From assembly GCA_001918765.1 (NCBI GenBank), contig MNGO01000004.1:1-55411 (forward strand): DNA of 55,411 bases, in the 5' to 3' direction. The DNA is from Crenarchaeota archaeon 13_1_40CM_3_52_10 (GTDB taxonomy: Archaea; Thermoproteota; Bathyarchaeia; 40CM-2-53-6). Shown here in pieces: positions 44,696 through 52,564 of this stretch. A program made the translations under genes and the position numbers. How positions within the stretch are numbered: position 1 is the stretch's first letter; each line of letters begins with the position of its first letter. The notes beneath the pieces are model-generated. The model was not told where the DNA came from and made no database searches. It was given only the letters and a program-made list of their open reading frames with translations.

Positions 44696-46276
44696 TTGAG
44701 TCCTGAAACAAAGTTGACTTATGTTACGTTGCTAGCTGACCCGAGCATTCATCCGAAGTATGAATCGGCATTGAAGCAGGTTGAAGCCGATTTTGGGAAA
44801 CATCATCCGATGTTCATTAACGGCCGAAAAGTTCTCGCTGGAGACGGAGAATTCGATGTTAGAAGCCCTCTAGACACCAAGATACTCCTCGGCTATTTCC
44901 AGAAAGGAACCGCACAGTACGCCAAGAAAGCGATCGAAGCGGCCAAGGATGCGTTTGAGGAGTGGAGCAGGAAGCCCTGGACAGAGCGAGTTGCAATCAT
45001 CCGGAAGGCAGCAGACCTGATGGAAGAGGATCGATTCACGCTAGCAGCACTCATCACCTACGAGGTCGGCAAGAACCGGTACGAGGCCGTCGCAGAAGCG
45101 AGCGAGGCAATCGACATGTTCGACTACTATGCTGACCTAATGGAACAGAATGATGGGTACGTGAAGCCAATGAAGCCGGGTGCACCGGGAGAGACATCGA
45201 AGAGCGTCCTTCGTCCCTACGGAGTATGGGCAGTCATATCCCCGTTCAACTTTCCACTCGCCCTCGCCGCAGGCATGATTGCATCCGCGCTGATAACCGG
45301 CAACACAGTAGTATTCCATCCCACGAGCGCAGCGCCCTTATCCGGACTCAAGCTCTACGAGACGCTCATCAACGCAGGAGTCCCACCTGGAGCCCTGAGC
45401 TATCTGACGGGTCCCGGTGAGTCCTTCGGTGACGAGGTCACTACTAACTTGAACGTCGCTGGTATCGCCTTCACCGGCTCGAAGGACGTTGGAATGAAAC
45501 TCTACCGCGATTTCGTGAACAAGCAGCCCTATCCGAAACCGTTCATCGCGGAGATGGGCAGCAAGAACCCGGCCCTAATCACCTCGAACGCCGACCTGGA
45601 GAAAGCGGCAGAAGGAGTCGTTCGAGGAGCGTTTGGGTACAGCGGCCAAAAGTGTAGCGCAACCTCACGAGTATACGTGGAGAGAGGCATCAAGAACGAC
45701 TTTCTCAAGATTCTCAAGGACAAAGTAGACCATCTCAAAGTCGGGGACCCGAGAGACAAGGATGCTTTCGTGGGACCTGTGATTAACGAGAAAATGGTGA
45801 AGAAATACCAGCGATATCTCGAGCTTGCAAAGAAGGACGGCGGCAAGATAGTCGCTGGAGGCGGCCTACCCGAAGACAAGAAACTATCCAAAGGCTACTA
45901 TGTCAAACCAACAGTCGTCTCCGGTCTACCCTCAAACGATCGTCTCTTGAAAGAGGAACTCTTCCTGCCTTTTGTCGTCATAGACGAAGTCAAGAGCTTG
46001 GATGAGGCGTTGAAGAAGGCAAACGACACGGACTTCGGGTTGACAGCCGGAATATTCAGCAGTGACCAGAGCGAAGTTGACAGGTTCTTCAAGAACATCG
46101 ACTTCGGCGTCACGTACGCAAACAGAAAGGGCGGCGCAACAACAGGCGCATGGCCTGGATCTCAATCCTTTGGTGGGTGGAAGGGAAGTGGAGCGACCGG
46201 CAAGGGAGTCGGAGGACCATACTATCTGCTAGAGTTCATGCACGAACAAGCTCAGACCATCGTCAAGGACGCCTAG
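44696..46276 (+). CDS. Aldehyde dehydrogenase (1-pyrroline-5-carboxylate dehydrogenase-like)
   Basis: 526 aa. Catalytic Glu context EMGSKNP and catalytic Cys GQKCSA. RocA-like length. Confidence 0.85.
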   Translation: MSPETKLTYVTLLADPSIHPKYESALKQVEADFGKHHPMFINGRKVLAGDGEFDVRSPLDTKILLGYFQKGTAQYAKKAIEAAKDAFEEWSRKPWTERVAIIRKAADLMEEDRFTLAALITYEVGKNRYEAVAEASEAIDMFDYYADLMEQNDGYVKPMKPGAPGETSKSVLRPYGVWAVISPFNFPLALAAGMIASALITGNTVVFHPTSAAPLSGLKLYETLINAGVPPGALSYLTGPGESFGDEVTTNLNVAGIAFTGSKDVGMKLYRDFVNKQPYPKPFIAEMGSKNPALITSNADLEKAAEGVVRGAFGYSGQKCSATSRVYVERGIKNDFLKILKDKVDHLKVGDPRDKDAFVGPVINEKMVKKYQRYLELAKKDGGKIVAGGGLPEDKKLSKGYYVKPTVVSGLPSNDRLLKEELFLPFVVIDEVKSLDEALKKANDTDFGLTAGIFSSDQSEVDRFFKNIDFGVTYANRKGGATTGAWPGSQSFGGWKGSGATGKGVGGPYYLLEFMHEQAQTIVKDA

Positions 46277-47454
46277 GCGGCTAGTCGATCTATCTCGTCA
46301 AGGAACATCTCTTCCTTTCCGATTGGAAATACGCCGGAGGCCGCAACGGAGTGTCCGTCACCGAAGCCTCCGACCTTCGAACATGCTTCAGGAAGAATCT
46401 TTGAGAGTGAGGGTTTCGTTCCCTTCTCGATGAGGCGTGTAAGGATTTGAGGGGCTCTTGCTGAGACCTTCACCATGGAGGATGGTAGTTTTCCCCAGCC
46501 TGGAATGTCAGGCGGGACATTCATCATCCCGATCAAGTACTTGACGGGGTTGACGACTCGCTGGTAGCGTAAGTATGAGCAGAAACTCCCGACGACTTTT
46601 CCTCCCATGCCCTTGTAATTATCGTGGGCGTGAAACCATTGGACGTTCTTTTTCTGCGACAGCCCATCTCTCCTGATCGTCGAGAGCATATTCCGATTGA
46701 CCTGCTTTCGCTCCTCTTCGAACTCTTTCGCCATTTTCATCGCTTGTTCGCTGAACCCCGCTGTACACGCTTCAACGCCTATTTCGGGGCCCTTTCGGTA
46801 GTATCCGATTGAGCCGAGCACATTGAGAAGGCTGGATGCTCTTGTTCTTGTGAGATTCATGCCCTTAGCCTCGATCTTAAGATCCCCCTTGCCAGAATCC
46901 CGGACGAGCCCTTGATCTTTCGCGTCATTAACTGCGATCAAGTTGAGGCCTTGTGTCTCGCCGGGTAGTTCTAGCGACCCTATTGTCGCTAGGTGAGCGT
47001 AGCTTGACAAATGAGGATCAACTGCTTTGCAGAACAGGTAGGCTACTGTCGCCGAAGAGGCGTCTTTCTCGCCTGAAAAACCGTAAAGTTCGGGGTTGAG
47101 ATTGTAGAGTGCTGGATCCTGAATTGACGATGTGTCGTGATGGTCCAATACTAGGATTAGACTTCTGGATCTATTTGCTTTGACCAACCAGTCAATATGG
47201 CCGGAGCCCAAATCGATGTAGGCTACGACACGAGGACTTGTCTCGATGTCCTCGACCACTTCCGGGTACAGCTTGTCAAGACAGATTAGCCTCGTCTCCA
47301 GCCCGAGATTTGATAGCGCTATCTTTGTCAATGCCGCGGAGGTGAGCCCGTCTGCTTCATCGTGGTGGAGAACAACGGCTTCTCGGATACCCGACTCCCG
47401 AAGAGCGGACGCCGCGGCATGTAATCTGTTCTGGAAACCCTGAAGACTTTCCAT
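46273..47454 (-). CDS. DHH-family phosphoesterase (archaeal RecJ/Cdc45-like)
   Basis: 393 aa. HHDEADGLTS, DLGSG, LVLDHHD. Confidence 0.7.
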   Translation of the reverse strand: MESLQGFQNRLHAAASALRESGIREAVVLHHDEADGLTSAALTKIALSNLGLETRLICLDKLYPEVVEDIETSPRVVAYIDLGSGHIDWLVKANRSRSLILVLDHHDTSSIQDPALYNLNPELYGFSGEKDASSATVAYLFCKAVDPHLSSYAHLATIGSLELPGETQGLNLIAVNDAKDQGLVRDSGKGDLKIEAKGMNLTRTRASSLLNVLGSIGYYRKGPEIGVEACTAGFSEQAMKMAKEFEEERKQVNRNMLSTIRRDGLSQKKNVQWFHAHDNYKGMGGKVVGSFCSYLRYQRVVNPVKYLIGMMNVPPDIPGWGKLPSSMVKVSARAPQILTRLIEKGTKPSLSKILPEACSKVGGFGDGHSVAASGVFPIGKEEMFLDEIDRLAA

Positions 47455-47465
47455 AGGTCCTTGTC

Positions 47466-48623
47466 TCAGTTCTTGATGAATCGGGCTATGAAATAGCCAG
47501 TCTCATGAATGTCGGGGTTGAACCTCTGCGTGAGATGATCTGGATCGAACCCGGTTTCAGCCAGGAACGGGGTTTGTTCTTCGAGCTTCAGCCCCAAATC
47601 TTTCTCGGCAAAGCCGACAACATCCTCGCACTCGTCCTTGCTAATTGTGCAGACACTGTACACAACTGTTCCATCTTTTCTGGTGATACCAGAAGCGGCT
47701 GTTAGAAACTGCTTCTGATAATCCGCTGAGTTCTCGACATTCCGCGCCCTAGTCTGAATTGCAAGTTTCGGGACTACTCCCAGGGCAGTGCAAGGAGGAT
47801 CTACAAGCACTCTGTCGGCTTTGATTTTGTAATCAAGGTGCACGTATCTCGAGTCGTGCGATATCAACTGGTAGTTAGCACAGCCCATTCTTTGCATGAG
47901 TTCCTCTGCCTTCTGGATCTTCTGTTTGCTACGATCAAAGCCGATTATCCGAGCCTGATTTCCAGTTAGCTGGCTGATGTGACTCGTCTTGCCGCCGGGT
48001 GCACAATTGAGGTCGACTATTGTCTCTCCTGGCTTGGGATCTATGACATGGCTTGTCAGGATTGCCGGCAGCGACTGGAGATGGATTTGTCCATCAGCGT
48101 ACCACGGGGTTTCCATTATGCTGGGTAAGCCTGTTCTGCTGATCTTGATCTCAACAGCTACTCCTTGTCGGTACATCAAGATGCTCGTCTCGCTCTGGTG
48201 GGAGACTCCAGAGCCTACCGGTGTCCCGTTTCCGTCGACCACGGTAACTTTCATGCCGGGCCGCAGCCCATGGCATCCTTTCACGCCCGGAGCGTAGAGG
48301 TGTGCGCCTAATTGAACCGCCTCCGCAGCAACCCTGTCCGCTTCAACGATGGTTCCGTCGGTTTCTATCTCTGAGGGACGAGGATGGAAGAATCCGGCAT
48401 CTTCGAGTTGATCGTGCGGCTCGGCGTCCAGACCGTTGAACCTCATCGATCGGATGATGTCGTTTCGTCTAGCTTTGAGAGTGTTTATCCGAAAATAATA
48501 TCGTGAAGGCATAGCGACCATCGCGGATAGAACGTCGTTGAGTCTTTGGCCGTAGGTTTCCCGGAGACTGCTCTCCAGTTCTGGATCGAGTTTTGGCCGT
48601 ATCTCGGGACGTTCTAGGAGCAA
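47466..48623 (-). CDS. NOL1/NOP2/Sun-family RNA m5C methyltransferase
   Basis: 385 aa. SAM loop DLNCAPGGKT, catalytic VLVDPPCT and TCS/CT region. N-terminal RNA-binding domain. Confidence 0.85.
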   Translation of the reverse strand: MLLERPEIRPKLDPELESSLRETYGQRLNDVLSAMVAMPSRYYFRINTLKARRNDIIRSMRFNGLDAEPHDQLEDAGFFHPRPSEIETDGTIVEADRVAAEAVQLGAHLYAPGVKGCHGLRPGMKVTVVDGNGTPVGSGVSHQSETSILMYRQGVAVEIKISRTGLPSIMETPWYADGQIHLQSLPAILTSHVIDPKPGETIVDLNCAPGGKTSHISQLTGNQARIIGFDRSKQKIQKAEELMQRMGCANYQLISHDSRYVHLDYKIKADRVLVDPPCTALGVVPKLAIQTRARNVENSADYQKQFLTAASGITRKDGTVVYSVCTISKDECEDVVGFAEKDLGLKLEEQTPFLAETGFDPDHLTQRFNPDIHETGYFIARFIKN

Positions 48624-48705
48624 TGTGTTGTCGCTTTAGTGTTGGGAGGCTTTCTGGTTTAATTACCCTTGACTTTGGCTCGGGGAGAAGAAAAGGGTCT
48701 CGGGG

Positions 48706-48909
48706 ATGGTTAGAGTCGTCTTGGAGCTTCGCTGCGTGAAATGCGCGGTCAAGTTTGAACGGACGTTCGAGGAGAGGAGAAGACAGCTCAACTATGCTGA
48801 GGGGGAAATGCTACAGCTTGATGAGAAAGCCTGCCCCAACCATTGCGGTGGAGACTGGTTCTTCATCGAAAAGTCACACCCAATTCGCAAGTTCAAGCGT
48901 CGATTCTGA
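48706..48909 (+). CDS. Small CxxC...CxxxC protein (hypothetical zinc-ribbon)
   Basis: 67 aa. CVKC ... CPNHC, basic C-terminus. Confidence 0.35.
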   Translation: MVRVVLELRCVKCAVKFERTFEERRRQLNYAEGEMLQLDEKACPNHCGGDWFFIEKSHPIRKFKRRF

Positions 48910-48928
48910 CCAGGACGCCGGTGCACGA

Positions 48929-49162
48929 GAGAATCGCCCATTTTCAGCCCTGATTCCGGTTTTGAAGCATCGCGAAATTTTCGTCTGGAAATCGTTCGGG
49001 AATCGCGTGACGAAGCAAGCAAACGCGATCTCATCTAAGCCCAGACTGTGCCCTGATCGGCTGGACTCACCCAGAATCGGTGCCAGACAGGAAATCTTCC
49101 AGAGAAAAAGGGGTATGTTTCAACCATCCCGCGCCGCAAGAGAGGGACTTCCCGAAGCTCTT
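48929..49162 (+). repeat. Intergenic repeat element, copy B
   Basis: Homologous to 41521-41775 (see copy A), same orientation. Confidence 0.8.
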
Positions 49163-49342
49163 TCGAACGATGCCCGTTTTCAACAACCGACGACGGGTCG
49201 GCCCACTCGCAAGCTCATTTCCTCGTATCCGCAGCTTAGTTAGACCCGTTACGTTCCGTGAGAGTTACTCAAGGCTTAAACCGGGTCTTTCGCAAGCTAC
49301 CATTCGATACCCTATAGAAGAGACAGAATTCCGGGATATGGA

Positions 49343-49636
49343 TTGAAAAAGACGGCTAAGAAGAGCCCTCAGCTACTCAACGGTTTTCCCCACATTCCAT
49401 TCGACGAGTTTCCCCTGAAGAAGTCGGAAGACCTAGTTGTGGTACTCGAGAAGAACATGCCTGAGGGTGCGAAGGTGGAAGTTACACCGATGGACGACTC
49501 TCATCACTCCCCTTGCATGCAGGAGATGGTCGCAATAATGGTCCATAACATCGAGGAGGGAAAAGAAGCAGCTTCTGATATCTTCACCATCTACCAGTTC
49601 TGCCCATCATGCCACGTCGCCGTCAGAGTCCTGTAA
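49343..49636 (+). CDS. Hypothetical protein
   Basis: 97 aa, TTG start, C-terminal CPSCH. No family recognised. Confidence 0.3.
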   Translation: MKKTAKKSPQLLNGFPHIPFDEFPLKKSEDLVVVLEKNMPEGAKVEVTPMDDSHHSPCMQEMVAIMVHNIEEGKEAASDIFTIYQFCPSCHVAVRVL

Positions 49637-49642
49637 CCGGGA

Positions 49643-52564
49643 CTATTCTAGATAGATCGCGGGACGATAAGGTTCAGACATTCTAGCACGTCCCTTAGGA
49701 TCGTTTACGCTTTGATCTCCTTCTTTCCAAACATTGACTGAGCATTTGAATTCCCTTTGATAGAAGTCTACTGAGTCAGCGAAGATAGCGTTCTCGTCCG
49801 TGATCCCATCTCGCAAGCGTGCCTGTCTCATCTCGTCGGGCATCTGGTTTGCTTGTTGAATCGCCTTAGCAGCATAATCAGCAGCAGCCTTTCCTAGAGA
49901 TCGTAAATGAAGATCTCCCATAACGTCCTTGATAAAATCGCCCTGTCTCATCTTTTCCTCGGCGGCTTTCAATGCCTTCAGGTAGGCCTGCCATTTCCAA
50001 TCGGCCGCCGTGTAGTAGGCGATGCGCTTCGGGGTAATGCCTGTGGCTTTCAAGATCTCGCCAGTATCGTCCAGAACCTGTCGAATGAGCGCTTCTGCTC
50101 TGTCTGCCGCGGGACCTTTCTCGTTCTCGGTTTCTTCAGGCCAGTCCGCTTGGACGACGAATCCCTTGTTTCCGATACGGCTCCAGATCTCCTCAGCCGT
50201 ATGTGGCGCAAGTGGAGCCAACATTCTTGTTCTCGTTTCCAAGACATTTCGTAAGATTCGGCCGCGATTATCTGACTTGGTCTTCTTCAGCCCCAGCCTT
50301 CGGTTATACCAAGAAATGTCGTTATCGAGTTGGTAGAGAATGATGTTGATCGCCTCCCTGACTCTCAACCTGTCCAGCGCGTTTGTGGCAGTCTGGACTG
50401 CGTAATTCAAGCGGCTGATCATCCACCGATCGAGCATTGAGAGCTTCGACTTTCCGGCTGTTTTCTTCACGCCTAGTTTTCTCGCCTGTCCTATTAGACC
50501 TGCAAGCCTTTCTCCAATCGACGCGGCGAGCCCTTCACTGAAGTCCACGTCCTGCCCCAGTTCCGCCGTGGCCATGACTCCGACTCGGACCGGATCGGCA
50601 CCAAATTTGGCGATTCCCTGGCGAAGGGGTATGATGTTCTGGAGGGATTTTGACATCTTGCTTCCTTCCATCAGGACGAAACCGTTGGCCACAATTCCTC
50701 TTGGCCATTGTTTCTCAGGGAAGAGAGTCGAATGGTGAAAGATGTAGAATGATAGATGGTTAGAGACCAGCTCTCTCGCGGAGTGCCGCATGTCAACAGG
50801 GTAGAAGTACTGAAACTCGCTTCGGATCCCATTCAGGATTCTCTTGGGAATCCCGGTCTGCTTGGCAACCGAGTCAACGGTTCCTTCTCCGAGCAGTGTG
50901 AAGTTGAAGAAGGCGTCAGGTAACTTCGAGGTGTCTTTTTCGAATTTCTTGAAGACAACCCAGTCCTTGGTGAAGTACTTGGATAGTATGTAGTAGGCCA
51001 TGTAGACGACCGAGTCCGACAAGGCCTCTATAGTCCAGCTCTTGTCCCACGGAAGCTTTGTCCCTAATCCCACTGCGCGCGCGCATGCCCTTTCTCTCAA
51101 CCAGTCTATCGTGTAATTGAATTCTCCTCGCAGTTCTTCGGGTAGGATAGCCATCTGATCTAGGCATTTGTGAGCGAGCTTCTTCCATTCCGGGTCACCA
51201 TAGTTGATGAACCACTGATTCTCTAGAATGTGAACCAGGCATTTGGTTCCGCAGCGGCAGACGACAGGCGCGTTTCTCAGTTCCAGTAAGGTCTCAATTT
51301 TTCCCTCTTTTGCCAGTTCTTGGACGATGGTCTCCCTCGCCCTCGCGACGGGCATTCCCGAGTAGCTGCCTGTGTTTTGTTTCATTATGCCGTCGTGGAA
51401 TTCTTTCGAGTACAGTTCCTGGGTTGCGTGCTCAAGATGGGGATCGTTCTGGTCTTTGACCTTGAATTTCCCGATAAGATCGGCGGCCGGTAAATCGGAG
51501 AATCCCTCCAGCCTGATGATCGACACCGGTTCTACTCGTAGCATTATCTGCCCCTCCGGTGAATTGGCATATCTCTTCTTGAGATCGGTTAGTGCTTGGT
51601 AGTCGTATGGAGCATGTCCTGGAACGGACATCACAACGCCAGTGCCGTTGTCGGGTTCCACGAAGCTTCCAGGTAAGACCGGGATCTCATCGCCAGTGAC
51701 CGGGTTCCGGACAGTCTTCCACAGCAGCTCAACTACCTGGAATTCGCGTTCTACAGTGATTTTGCGATTCTGGTGTTGAAGTTTCTCGATCGCTTCTTGG
51801 CTGACGACCCAAGGCTCGCCGTCTACGATTGCTCTGACATAGGCGGCTTCTGGATTGATCCATAGGTTGGTGACACCGAATACAGTCTCGGGCCTCAGAG
51901 TCGAGGTCGGATAGACTACTCCGTTTTTCTGGAACTTGACCAAGTAGGACTCTCCAATATCCGGCTCCACATCACCCATCGTATCCACGACTCCTACCGG
52001 GCTCTTGTCGTTGGGACACCAAGCAACCGGATGTGTTCCCTTCGTGATCAAGCCCTTCTGATTCAGAGTCTGAAAGTGCCACTCGATGTAGCGGCTGTAG
52101 AGCGAGTCAATGGTCGTGAATTCTCGGCGCCAGTCGATAGAGAACCCGATCTTCATCATTCCTTTCCTGATGTCTTCGCGGAAGTAGGAAGCCATCGCCT
52201 TCGGGTCTTTGAGCTTCTCCAGCGTCGTTTCGGAGATACCGTAGATCTTGGTGAAGGTCTCAATGATCTCTGGGTCGCCATCTCGTAGGCGCTTGCTCAT
52301 GGCAAAGAGCGGCGTGCCTGTGTAGTGGAAACCCATTGGAAAGAGAGTGTTGTAGCCTTTCATCCGGTGATATCGGGCGTTAACGTCGGCGATGGTGTAT
52401 GTTCTCGCGTGACCGATATGCTGTGGAGAGTTGGGGTATGGGTATGCCGCTGTTACATAGTACTTGGGCTTACGAGGGTCCGGGTCCGTCTCGTGAATCT
52501 TGCGCCAGTTCCACTTCTTCTGCCACTTTCGCTCCAGGGCGTGCCAGTCAAGCTTGGCCGGCGT
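49643..52564 (-). CDS. leuS: Leucyl-tRNA synthetase
   Basis: HIGH motif (PYPNSPQHIGH) and KMSKS (GSKMSKS). The track ORF starts at ATG 52363, downstream of HIGH. The 5' end is placed at the in-frame ACG 52564-52562, which is preceded by GGAGGG. See finding. Confidence 0.9.
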   Translation of the reverse strand, partial: TPAKLDWHALERKWQKKWNWRKIHETDPDPRKPKYYVTAAYPYPNSPQHIGHARTYTIADVNARYHRMKGYNTLFPMGFHYTGTPLFAMSKRLRDGDPEIIETFTKIYGISETTLEKLKDPKAMASYFREDIRKGMMKIGFSIDWRREFTTIDSLYSRYIEWHFQTLNQKGLITKGTHPVAWCPNDKSPVGVVDTMGDVEPDIGESYLVKFQKNGVVYPTSTLRPETVFGVTNLWINPEAAYVRAIVDGEPWVVSQEAIEKLQHQNRKITVEREFQVVELLWKTVRNPVTGDEIPVLPGSFVEPDNGTGVVMSVPGHAPYDYQALTDLKKRYANSPEGQIMLRVEPVSIIRLEGFSDLPAADLIGKFKVKDQNDPHLEHATQELYSKEFHDGIMKQNTGSYSGMPVARARETIVQELAKEGKIETLLELRNAPVVCRCGTKCLVHILENQWFINYGDPEWKKLAHKCLDQMAILPEELRGEFNYTIDWLRERACARAVGLGTKLPWDKSWTIEALSDSVVYMAYYILSKYFTKDWVVFKKFEKDTSKLPDAFFNFTLLGEGTVDSVAKQTGIPKRILNGIRSEFQYFYPVDMRHSARELVSNHLSFYIFHHSTLFPEKQWPRGIVANGFVLMEGSKMSKSLQNIIPLRQGIAKFGADPVRVGVMATAELGQDVDFSEGLAASIGERLAGLIGQARKLGVKKTAGKSKLSMLDRWMISRLNYAVQTATNALDRLRVREAINIILYQLDNDISWYNRRLGLKKTKSDNRGRILRNVLETRTRMLAPLAPHTAEEIWSRIGNKGFVVQADWPEETENEKGPAADRAEALIRQVLDDTGEILKATGITPKRIAYYTAADWKWQAYLKALKAAEEKMRQGDFIKDVMGDLHLRSLGKAAADYAAKAIQQANQMPDEMRQARLRDGITDENAIFADSVDFYQREFKCSVNVWKEGDQSVNDPKGRARMSEPYRPAIYLE

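Noticed and set aside
52425-52450. Suspected frameshift in leuS just before the HIGH motif
   Set aside because: This was my own transcription slip. Re-reading 52431-52450 (ttggggtatgggtatgccgc) gives in-frame AAYPYPNSPQHIGH, so there is no frameshift. The only anomaly is the missing canonical start.
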